DNA of 33,747 nt from Nitrososphaeria archaeon (GTDB taxonomy: Archaea > Thermoproteota > Nitrososphaeria > Conexivisphaerales > UBA164): NCBI GenBank assembly GCA_029775955.1, contig JARVJW010000087.1:1-33747 (forward strand), read 5' to 3'. Below, piece after piece: positions 18,286-26,479 of the stretch. Both the position numbers and the translations under genes were made by a program. The stretch's first letter is position 1. Every line of letters begins with the position of its first letter. The notes below the pieces were generated by a model. It was not told where the DNA came from, searched no databases, and saw nothing but the letters and a program-made list of their open reading frames with translations.

Positions 18286-20433
18286 TTAAGAAAATTCAGA
18301 TAAGGACAGCTGATTGTCGGATTTAAGCATGCCCTGAAACCTTTCCAGAATCAATTCTACCTCTTCCTTTTCATCGTTTTCGAGTTCCTCAGCAATATTT
18401 CTCAAAGATATTATAATTGCATTAAGCTGTTCTGTGTCAAATTCAGGTGACAGTTCTGAACCGCATTTGGGGCAACGATAACTTATTGGTGGAATCGAAA
18501 AATGTAATCCGCACTTTTGACAAAAGTGAGCCTGATTGTTGTACATTCTCTCCACTGCCATGAGCGTTTTTACCAGGTTAGGAACGGCGGATTTTTTATC
18601 CTTTAATGACAGGATGAGTTGCATGAGCGATTTAGAAAGGTCAACAATATTTTCTGCGGATTGCTTGGCAGGGTAATCAATTCTAATTTTGGGTAGCGTT
18701 TTAAGCAAACCAGCGTCATACACGTTGAGGTATCTTGGCGGAGCGCAATATTTTCCAGAATAATTTAAAACTACATCCTCTTCAAGAGAAATGTATAAGC
18801 TGTTGTTTCTAAGGCCCATGCATAGCGCTCTCATAATGCCAGGATTTACAAGAACTTCGCTACCTATTTCCCTGACCTTTAATCTTATTCCTGCACTTAA
18901 ATCCCTGTTAAGTAAAATGATGTTATGGCCTTTAAGTTGGTCAGGTGAATACTCGTAAAATATCTTCTTCCCACCATATATTTCCTCAATTTCTGCATCA
19001 ATTAACTTTGCTACATCCAACAAAGAAGATGCCAGCCGATGGGGTATTATTATTTCATCTCCATCCAGGTCTGCCGCCTCCACATGAATGGGAAATGCAC
19101 TTATCCCGCACTCTGAAGCCATTATTGATGCACGACGCCTTAAAATAGCCTTCCTTATGTCCTCTATTTCTCCAACTGATTTATCAGGAAAAGCTAGATC
19201 AAGGCGCATGTCTATGTTGAGCTTTTTATTTGCCAACCTTAGCGATTCCGACAGAATTGCGTCATTTTTGGGCATATCGCTGGCAGTGGAACCACAAATG
19301 GGGCATATCTGTGAAACAACAGGTTTGCCGCATTTACTACAAAAGTAAAGCTTTTCTGTCCTTGAGCCGCACTTTTCACATATTTTGAACGGCGTTGCCC
19401 TTTGGCACCTGCTGCAGTACCTGATTGTGACCTCAGAAATCAACTGTCCCCTGACAGGCACTATGCCGTGATACCTGTTTATATCCTTCCCATTGTCATT
19501 TTGTTCTACTATTTCAATTGGACCAATGCTATTATTCAGTACCTTTACACCAACCAGCTTTCCATCAAGCATTGCTTGTAGTATTGGGCCAAAAGATTTG
19601 TCTGTTACAACAATTGATTCATTTTTTGAAGATGCCAGCATGCCTGAATTTATAAGGTATGCGTAAACCACTGGCGATGGTTGAAATTCAAGGTTCCCTT
19701 TACTAAGTTTTAGGATCTCAGGTGGAGGTGGAGGGATTGAGTAGTTTGGATGAAGTGTTCTATTTTTAAGTCCCAAGTTTATCGCTTCGTCAGGCGTATC
19801 AGGTATTTTCCCCTTTATTCTGTACCCAACAATTCTACCAGCCAGTTTTGCAGGAAGAATTATGTTTCCTAAATTTATCAACTGTGACCCCTTTTCACAT
19901 GGATATATATCATAATTTGAACTGCATAGAGGACCCCTCACATCAGGTGAAAAATACAGTCTAAGGCCAACTCCACTAATTTTGATATAATATGAAGTTG
20001 ATTTGAGGTTCATGCGATGCGCTATGTCTGAATTCATAAATGCTGCATCCGCGCTATAATCCATAAATGTCGCCCTTAGCAAGCCTGGCAAGTAAATCCT
20101 GTTTGCAGGCCTAAACGTTGTCTGAAAAGCTGCCGTGGGGTACAACTTACTGATTTTGCCGGCTATGAAATGCAGGGAAGGGCCGAACAATTTTAAAGTT
20201 CTCCTGGAGGCACCCCGTTCACTGAAATATATCTTATTTTCATAGTGGCCCCCAGTTATCTTCTCAAGCTCTTGTGTGAGCCAAACGTTAAGTTCATTTA
20301 TATTCTGCACGTCCTTTATTTCATGATTTCCAATTTCATTTTTTCGCTCATAGAATGATTTGTAGAATGATAAGTTGGGAGCTGGATCAGCCATTGCTTT
20401 TTCACGCATTTTTATAAGTTCATCATACCCCAT
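18286..20433 (-). CDS. PolD large-subunit (DP2)-like Zn-ribbon protein, N-terminally short and apparently lacking the catalytic acidic motif
   Basis: Intact 715-aa ORF with AGGTGA 3 nt before the ATG. It has four tandem CxxC pairs at aa 340-380 (CSRC..CEKC..CSKC..CPIC) and a C-terminal Zn-ribbon at aa 638-657 ('FCQKCGLHFSIPPISYRCPKCG'). The block 'LLDVAKLIDAEIEEIYG...GHNIILLNRDLSAGI' resembles my recollection of Pyrococcus DP2 ('LLKVAKFVDDLLEKFYG...GHLVIGLAPHTSAGI'). The terminal 'QLSLSEFS' is PIP-box-like. Confidence 0.6.
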   Translation of the reverse strand: MGYDELIKMREKAMADPAPNLSFYKSFYERKNEIGNHEIKDVQNINELNVWLTQELEKITGGHYENKIYFSERGASRRTLKLFGPSLHFIAGKISKLYPTAAFQTTFRPANRIYLPGLLRATFMDYSADAAFMNSDIAHRMNLKSTSYYIKISGVGLRLYFSPDVRGPLCSSNYDIYPCEKGSQLINLGNIILPAKLAGRIVGYRIKGKIPDTPDEAINLGLKNRTLHPNYSIPPPPPEILKLSKGNLEFQPSPVVYAYLINSGMLASSKNESIVVTDKSFGPILQAMLDGKLVGVKVLNNSIGPIEIVEQNDNGKDINRYHGIVPVRGQLISEVTIRYCSRCQRATPFKICEKCGSRTEKLYFCSKCGKPVVSQICPICGSTASDMPKNDAILSESLRLANKKLNIDMRLDLAFPDKSVGEIEDIRKAILRRRASIMASECGISAFPIHVEAADLDGDEIIIPHRLASSLLDVAKLIDAEIEEIYGGKKIFYEYSPDQLKGHNIILLNRDLSAGIRLKVREIGSEVLVNPGIMRALCMGLRNNSLYISLEEDVVLNYSGKYCAPPRYLNVYDAGLLKTLPKIRIDYPAKQSAENIVDLSKSLMQLILSLKDKKSAVPNLVKTLMAVERMYNNQAHFCQKCGLHFSIPPISYRCPKCGSELSPEFDTEQLNAIIISLRNIAEELENDEKEEVELILERFQGMLKSDNQLSLSEFS

Positions 20434-20552
20434 GGTTCACCTAATGGGGTTTGGTGTTAAAAAGGCAACGGGAGCTGCTGCGGGTGTTTAAACCGTTGTC
20501 CAACATCTAACATATAGTTATAAACTAGAATCATGAAAAGCTACTGGATAAG

Positions 20553-20560
20553 TTTATTAA
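20553..20560 (+). promoter_or_regulatory. TATA-like box 'tttattaa'
   Basis: Lies 25-32 nt upstream of GTG 20585. The 10-mer 'agtttattaa' is identical to the one at 30041-30050. Confidence 0.35.
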
Positions 20561-20584
20561 CGGCCTGTTGATTTTAAAAGGTTT

Positions 20585-22093
20585 GTGAAATTTAACACTG
20601 TAGTGCTAGATGTAAAGGCTGGAAAGAAATCTATTATAATTAATGAAGATGATGCAAACGAAATTGGGCTTGAGCTCAATGAAAGGGCAAGGCTAATGGT
20701 TGATGACAAAAGCGTGGTGTGCATTACGGAGACGACAAAGACTCTGGTAAAGCGCGGAACTATAGCAATTTATAAGGACATTGCAGAAGCGCTTGAATTG
20801 GAGAATGGTGGATATGTAGATGTGTCCTACGAACCGTCACCAAAGTCAGTTGAAGTCATAAGAAAGAAGATGAGGGGGGAAAAGCTGAGTGAAAACGAGA
20901 TAAATGGCATAATAGGGGATCTGATTTCTAATGAGCTAAGCGACCTGGACATTGCATCATTTCTTTTTTCAGTGCACTATAAGGGCCTGGATATGGAAGA
21001 AATCAGGAACCTCACGCTCGCGATGCTTAACTCTGGTGAAAAGTTGGAACTAAGTGGTTTTGTTGTTGATAAGCATTCAATAGGCGGCGTGCCCGGCAAC
21101 AAGGTTTCCCTGCTCATAATTCCAATTGTAGCATCCACTGACCTCTTTATACCGAAGACCAGCAGCAGGGCCATAACAAGCCCTTCAGGAACAGCCGATA
21201 CAATGTCCGTGCTTGCAAATGTTAAATTTGACCTTAAGGAAATAAAAGAGATAGTAGAGAAGACGCATGGTTGTATTGTTTGGGGCGGTGCCCTTAACCT
21301 GGCCCCGGCAGATGATATTTTGATTCGTGTTGAAAATCCACTGAGGGTGAACCCACGTGGCCTGATGCTGGCAAGCGTAATGTCAAAAAAGCTTGGCGTT
21401 GGCGCCAAAATAGTCGCCCTTGACATGCCATTGGGAAGAGGAACAAAGGTCACGGACATTACAGACGGGGAGAAACTTGCAAGAGACTTTGTAGAGCTTG
21501 GCAGGAGCCTGGGAATCAACGTAAGGGCAGGCCTCACCTATGGAGGGCAACCTGTAGGGAGGGCAATAGGCCCTGCGCTTGAGGCTAGGGAAGCGCTTGC
21601 AGCATTGATCAATCCCGATGCAGCTAGCATGAGCCTTCTGTCAAAGTCAGCCTCACTTGCGGGCATCATTCTGGAAGCATCAGGCATAAGTCAGCAGGGA
21701 CAAGGGTATGACGCAGCCATGGACGTACTTAGGTCCAATAAGGCACTATCAAAGATGAGGGAGATAATTGGAGCGCAGGGCGGAAACCCAGATATAAAGC
21801 CAGATGATCTTCCTGTTGGTACGTACAGGCACCAAGTGGTAGCAGAAAACGACGGCTACGTTACGCTTGTTGACAATGAATCTCTTGTCCAAATAGCTCG
21901 AGCCGCAGGCACGCCAGCAGACAGGGGTGCCGGAATTGTGCTCCACCAAAAGCAGGGATACAAGGTCAGGAAGGGGGATGTGCTATTTGAAATATATGCT
22001 GAAAGAAGTTCAAGGCTTTCTGACGCTGTAAATCTTGCAAGCTACTCGCCACCTATAATGCTTGAGGGAATGCTGCTGAAGTCTTACCCATAG
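20585..22093 (+). CDS. deoA: AMP phosphorylase (archaeal thymidine-phosphorylase family, about 500-aa type with extra N-terminal domain)
   Basis: 502-aa ORF with a GTG start. It has 'DKHSIGGVPGNKVSLLIIPIVAS', 'SSRAITSPSGTADTM' and 'VWGGALNLAPADD', plus an N-terminal beta-domain of about 85 aa preceding the glycosyltransferase fold, as in the archaeal AMP phosphorylases. Confidence 0.85.
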   Translation: MKFNTVVLDVKAGKKSIIINEDDANEIGLELNERARLMVDDKSVVCITETTKTLVKRGTIAIYKDIAEALELENGGYVDVSYEPSPKSVEVIRKKMRGEKLSENEINGIIGDLISNELSDLDIASFLFSVHYKGLDMEEIRNLTLAMLNSGEKLELSGFVVDKHSIGGVPGNKVSLLIIPIVASTDLFIPKTSSRAITSPSGTADTMSVLANVKFDLKEIKEIVEKTHGCIVWGGALNLAPADDILIRVENPLRVNPRGLMLASVMSKKLGVGAKIVALDMPLGRGTKVTDITDGEKLARDFVELGRSLGINVRAGLTYGGQPVGRAIGPALEAREALAALINPDAASMSLLSKSASLAGIILEASGISQQGQGYDAAMDVLRSNKALSKMREIIGAQGGNPDIKPDDLPVGTYRHQVVAENDGYVTLVDNESLVQIARAAGTPADRGAGIVLHQKQGYKVRKGDVLFEIYAERSSRLSDAVNLASYSPPIMLEGMLLKSYP

Positions 22094-22343
22094 TCAACTA
22101 CCCAAGATTGAAATCGAGGGCTTGCCCCCTCCCAGGACTGGCATAGCTTCTACATTGGTGCTAATGTATGAGCCTGGGACTTTCTTCTGGCGCTAATCTG
22201 GAATCAATTATAGTTAAATAGACTCTGCGACACCATAGCCTCTCTCAGCAATGATGAAACTAATCTAAACAACTCACAATTCCTCTTCCCAAAGCGTGTG
22301 AGCTTATTGGTGATTTCCTGAAACTGAGATTAAACTTTTATCC

Positions 22344-23183
22344 TTGGAAGAACGTTATACAGTATTGGTCAGGCCACTAAAGGAAATTCTAAAGGAAGAG
22401 CTTGGAAATGAAGCTAGCAGAGCCTATGGCTCATTTGACCTGATAGGTGACCTTGCAATCATAAGAGTTCCGGATGGCTTTCAGGATAAGTTAGAAATAG
22501 TTGGTAATGCCTTAATGAAATTGAATAAATCTATCCATGGCGTGTGGGCTCAGGTTGGGCCCGTGGAAGGAGATTACAGAATAAGAAAATTGATGCATGT
22601 TGCTGGCGAAGAGAGAAGTGTTACTGTTTACCGAGAATCAGGGTGCAGATTTGAACTGGATATAACCGCAGTTTACTTTTCGCCAAGGCTTGCCCATGAA
22701 AGGCTCAGGATTGCCCAACTCGTAAGTGATGGCGAAACAGTGTTCAATATGTTTGCCGGGATAGGGACATTTTCAATCATCATTGCAAAAAGGAAGCGGG
22801 TAATAGTCCACAGCAGCGAGATAAATCCAGCAGCATACCAGTACATGGCCAGGAACATTGAACTTAATAAGGTCAAGGAAAGGGTCATACCTTACCTGCG
22901 TGATGCCTGTGATGTATCAGCGCAGTTACATGGCAAAGTGGATAGGGTGCTGATGCCACTACCAGAAAAGGCACTTGAATTTTTCAGTTGTGCCCTCAGG
23001 AGCCTCAGAAGTTCAGGCTGGATTCATGTTTACATGCATGTCCCCTATTTAAAGGGCGAGTCTGCAGCTGATGCGGCAGCCAAGTCTTCGGCATCCATAA
23101 CATCAGGGAAGGTCGTAAACACAATAATTGTTAGGGAAGTCGGACCAAGGCTGTTGCAGGTTGTGCATGATGTCGTTATATGA
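22344..23183 (+). CDS. Met-10+/Trm5-Taw2 family SAM-dependent tRNA modification enzyme
   Basis: 279-aa ORF with a TTG start. It has 'FDLIGDLAIIRVP', 'VYFSPRLAHERLRIA', 'VFNMFAGIGTFSI' (SAM motif I), 'SEINPAAY' and 'RVLMPLP'. The length is closer to Taw2 than to full-length aTrm5. Confidence 0.75.
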   Translation: MEERYTVLVRPLKEILKEELGNEASRAYGSFDLIGDLAIIRVPDGFQDKLEIVGNALMKLNKSIHGVWAQVGPVEGDYRIRKLMHVAGEERSVTVYRESGCRFELDITAVYFSPRLAHERLRIAQLVSDGETVFNMFAGIGTFSIIIAKRKRVIVHSSEINPAAYQYMARNIELNKVKERVIPYLRDACDVSAQLHGKVDRVLMPLPEKALEFFSCALRSLRSSGWIHVYMHVPYLKGESAADAAAKSSASITSGKVVNTIIVREVGPRLLQVVHDVVI

Positions 23184-23197
23184 TTGTTCCTGCATTG

Positions 23198-24262
23198 CTA
23201 ATTTGATATATGTGTGCTCCAGTTGCAAAGTGGATCATTAGCGTAAATTGTGTTAAATGCGTTTAGGGCCCTGGCAGGACACCCACCCTGGCAACTTGCC
23301 CTAAACATGCAGAAAGAGCATGGCTTAAACGTGACAGATTTCCTCTCATTAAGGTCACTGAACCTTTTTTCGATTATGTGTCGCATGTCAATCGATAGTG
23401 CATTTCCAACAGCAATCCCCTTTACCATAAGCAGGTCACAACCGTAAACTTTCCCGTCTGCGCCCACAACTATATAATTTTTTCCTGCTGGGCAAGTGAG
23501 CTTGTTGCCGATGCTGGCTCTGAAAAACTCATCCGGTTTAAGGTAGAACCTGAATCCGTTGGCAGTAATTTTCAAAGGCCCCTTATAGGCAAGCATCTGA
23601 GCAATCGCAACCCTGGCATTCCTATAAGAAAGAGATAAATGGTTTATTTCTGCGTTTCCAAAGCTCTGGACTGCTATAAAGTTCATGCCTCCAGCACCGA
23701 TTTCTTCTGCAAACATCAGCGCTCCGTTAACATCATTAAAATTCCTGTCAGAAACAGTTGTGGAAATATTAATCGGTATTGCAAGCTTTCTGAACTCCCT
23801 TACAGCCTTAATGGCCATCCTAAAACTGCCAGCGCCTCTCAACTCATCGTTTAACATCCAATTAGAAGAATCAAGGCTTACCTGCACGTGTTCAAGGCCT
23901 GATTCTGCCAGTTTTCTGGCAATATTTGATGAACCTGCAAGTCCGTTTGTTGACAACGATGGTGATAATCCAAGTTCACTTGAAAATTTTATAAGTTCAG
24001 GCAGGTGCGGGCTCATAGTTGGCTCTCCACCTAGAAAGTAAATGTACCTGGCGCCTGCTTCATCAAGTTCCCTTATTATATGCTTCCACTGATAAATGCT
24101 TAACTCTCCCCTGCCAGAGCCTGCAGAAACATAGCATGCTGCGCAACGCATATTACATCTGTTTGTCAAATATACTGTTGCGACAAATTCAGATGTCCCT
24201 CCTGAGATGTGAGGCAACGGGTATGCAGGACAATCATATGCAAAAAGATCACTAATATCCAT
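23198..24262 (-). CDS. Radical SAM enzyme with C-terminal SPASM/twitch domain
   Basis: 354-aa ORF with the radical SAM cluster motif 'NRCNMRCAACY' (CxxxCxxC) and 'FLGGEPT'. The C-terminal 'CPAGKNYIVVGADGKVYGC' plus 'CSFCMFRASCQGGC' (Cx2Cx5Cx3C) is the SPASM signature. Confidence 0.85.
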   Translation of the reverse strand: MDISDLFAYDCPAYPLPHISGGTSEFVATVYLTNRCNMRCAACYVSAGSGRGELSIYQWKHIIRELDEAGARYIYFLGGEPTMSPHLPELIKFSSELGLSPSLSTNGLAGSSNIARKLAESGLEHVQVSLDSSNWMLNDELRGAGSFRMAIKAVREFRKLAIPINISTTVSDRNFNDVNGALMFAEEIGAGGMNFIAVQSFGNAEINHLSLSYRNARVAIAQMLAYKGPLKITANGFRFYLKPDEFFRASIGNKLTCPAGKNYIVVGADGKVYGCDLLMVKGIAVGNALSIDMRHIIEKRFSDLNERKSVTFKPCSFCMFRASCQGGCPARALNAFNTIYANDPLCNWSTHISN

Positions 24263-24348
24263 TGCTAACAGCCTGTCTGATTTTTCTGCTTAAACGGTTG
24301 GAATATAGCAACAATTGAATCTTTTTTACTAGGTTTTTGAAATTCCAA

Positions 24349-24459
24349 TCACTCCCTGCTATCAATACGGAATAAATCTTTTGCGAGCCAATTGACAAAT
24401 AGCGCGCTTAATTTATCAATTATAATTGGAATCACGGCAATACCACTAACAATGCCCAT
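24349..24459 (-). CDS. Candidate 36-aa small ORF upstream of the radical SAM/SPASM gene (speculative)
   Basis: It reads MGIVSGIAVIPIIIDKLSALFVNWLAKDLFRIDSRE, on the same strand as the rSAM start and 87 nt upstream of it. 'ttttatattt' (reverse complement of 24484-24493) sits 25-34 nt upstream of its ATG. It was absent from the supplied track because it is shorter than 60 aa. Confidence 0.2.
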   Translation of the reverse strand: MGIVSGIAVIPIIIDKLSALFVNWLAKDLFRIDSRE

Positions 24460-24501
24460 TAATGATTATTATTTAATTGCCCAAATATAAAAGCTCTTTT
24501 G

Positions 24502-25290
24502 CTAATCTAGGGTGTGGGACACTATTATTGCATGGTTACCTATCAAAGTTGAATAGATTATGAACTGGTGCATAGTTTTCAATTCTCTCATCACGCCTCT
24601 GGGCAAACCAGCATCTTCTGCAGCAAAGCGTCGGAATTGCTCCTCTGATGATATTGTTCAAGGTATTTTATTTAGTTACAAACTCTTTCATAATGTCCCA
24701 CTTCTGGGAACCATTTAACATTGAATTTGGAATTATGTACACCTTCCCGCAAACATGTCATGTAGTGCCTGTCATGCCTTGCTGTATCAATGTCAACATG
24801 TCAGCATTGCCCTGTCAAAGACATTCATTTCTGGCTTGAACATGTACATCATTCAGGTCCATTATGGCGAACATGTAGGTAAAGAGCTGCTTTTTTCTTA
24901 TTGACCTTTGCCATACCCTTCTGGGCATAGTTGATGGTCAAGGAGTAGCCTGTGCCGTCACGCATCAGATGTTGTGATTCCCTTCTTACTTAACAGCAGG
25001 ACATGCAGGTTGTGAATAGCTATCATTACCTCAGGGTCAGAGCTTCTCAATTGTCTTGCAGGAAACTTCTTACGTCATTAAAAATATTACCAATATATCC
25101 TGTTTGACCAAGCTGATTAATCAGGAGAAGCTTGACCCATCTTAAAGAGAATGGCCTGCTCTATCTAGATTACGCTGACAGCTCAATGCACCAGAGGTCT
25201 GAGCATTTTCATTGCTTCTCCGCAAAGTCCTCCAATCCCTTTTTTGGATTGCTCAGTTTGCTGATATAATCATTGATTTCTGGATACCGT
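24502..25290 (-). pseudogene. DDE transposase (IS5/ISH-like, with InsH-type N-terminal region) remnant
   Basis: Minus-strand fragments in mixed frames read 'GRPFSLRWVKLLLINQLGQTGYIGNIFNDVRSFLQDN', 'MRDGTGYSLTINYAQKG', 'FAGRCT.FQIQC' (the DDE 'aDkgYds' position) and 'EEQFRRFAAEDAGL...MRELKTMHQFIIYSTL'. Many stops are present. Confidence 0.5.
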
Positions 25291-25631
25291 CGCTGTGCAG
25301 CCTGCTATGTATATAAACTGGGAAGTTCGTCTCTCTATATAGCGAATAACGTTATGTTTTTTTGTTATGGTAAAATACCCTTACAGCTTGATTTTTTTAT
25401 CCTTGCTAAATAATTTTTTCACTTATATTATTGCTATTTATCATATACAATGCATATACTGCGTTCTTTTATAATTTACACGGCGTCATTATTATTTTAC
25501 AAATGCAACTATAAAGAGCCTTTTACTCGCTTTTATCCAAGTGACTTTGTTAAAATATTGATAAAATGTTTTAATGATATGCGGCATACAAAGCTGTACA
25601 TTTAATGATAAAATTCAAAAAAAGCGTTAAT

Positions 25632-26129
25632 TTATGTGTGTTTTGGCTTCCTTAGTTGTGCTATTTCCCAAAGTGAAGTAATAAATAGGAAAATGCCAAA
25701 CCCTAAACTAATTCCGAACAGCATATCATACACGTGATAAGAAACGTAGTAAGGAGTGTGCGATATGAATACAGGAATTATATAAAGGTGATATGTTTCT
25801 AATGCTGGAAAATCATAGGGGTCAATATATTGAAACATAAGGATGAAGGAAAATATGAATAAAATCACTGGCCATATTATGTGCCCCTTGCCTTTCCTAA
25901 GCGATGCATAATCTATCACCGCTACGACGATTATAATTAGGGCAATTATAGAACTGATGCCGACATCGAGGAAATTATATGTATGAGGATAATAGTTGTA
26001 ACTTTCTAACATTGCGATAGGCACTGAAATCAATAAGAGAATGCCTATAATTATGTTTGCAATAGAAAGTGTACGTACAGAAATGTTATGGAGTTCGGGT
26101 TCATAATTATTACTACTGCTCATAGTCAT
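25632..26129 (-). CDS. Hypothetical integral membrane protein (about 5 TM helices), AT-rich ORFan
   Basis: 165-aa ORF with hydrophobic stretches (IANIIIGILLLISVPIAML, ISSIIALIIIVVAVI, IIWPVILFIFSFILMF, LYIIPVFI, ISLGFGIFLFITSLW). It is Tyr-rich, and I recognise no family. It sits in visibly AT-richer DNA than the flanking genes. Confidence 0.55.
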   Translation of the reverse strand: MTMSSSNNYEPELHNISVRTLSIANIIIGILLLISVPIAMLESYNYYPHTYNFLDVGISSIIALIIIVVAVIDYASLRKGKGHIIWPVILFIFSFILMFQYIDPYDFPALETYHLYIIPVFISHTPYYVSYHVYDMLFGISLGFGIFLFITSLWEIAQLRKPKHT

Positions 26130-26479
26130 TCATAATTTATGATAATTATAATATATAAGCTTTTATATTTGTATCAGTACTTCCGCAAGTATAGCATTTC
26201 ACTCTTTTAGAGCAATTCATTTAGGGCATCATTAGCTTATAGATTTTAGAGATGAACAAACCAATGAGGTCCAACAGGAAAAGTTATCCTCTAAAGCCTT
26301 GAATCAGAACTTTGTCGTACCATTTCAAATATACAACAGATAGCATAATAAGATCTCTGAATTACATGTAAGTTAACAATCAACCTTAACTGGCTCAAAA
26401 GCGCAACATTGATGCTCCATCTCCTGATTCTCCGCAGGCTTGGATTATGCTGTAAGAGCATTAACAGACAAAAGCATTA

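Noticed and set aside
19054-19071. 'DLDGDE' in the DP2-like protein as the polymerase catalytic motif.
   Set aside because: With the strong 'LLDVAKLID..EEIYG' and 'SAGI' anchors, this motif aligns N-terminal to where the canonical catalytic loop should be. I kept it as an open question in the findings rather than calling it an active site.
22251-22327. C/D-box sRNA-like signals: 'atgatga' (a C-box heptamer) at 22251-22257, and 'ctga' at 22318 and 22324, just upstream of the Trm5/Taw2-like gene.
   Set aside because: The C-to-D spacing is 60 nt or more, against about 40 nt expected. There are no convincing internal D'/C' boxes with 12-nt guides and no terminal stem. The motifs are short enough to occur by chance.
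23198-24262. Calling the radical SAM gene Taw1/TYW1 because it neighbours a Taw2-like gene.
   Set aside because: The C-terminal Cx2Cx5Cx3C SPASM motif and the upstream twitch-like Cys pair are not Taw1 features. The genes are convergent and so not co-transcribed.
24505-24530. Possible att-like repeat of the tRNA-Ser 3' half ('gggtgtgggac' versus 'ggggtgggatt') at the far side of the islet.
   Set aside because: Only about 8 scattered matching bases are present. That is far too weak to call a direct repeat.
25300-25631. A very AT-rich gene-free stretch as a replication origin.
   Set aside because: I saw no repeated ORB or mini-ORB-like boxes and no adjacent orc1/cdc6 gene. Foreign DNA or the 3' flank of the membrane ORFan explains it better.
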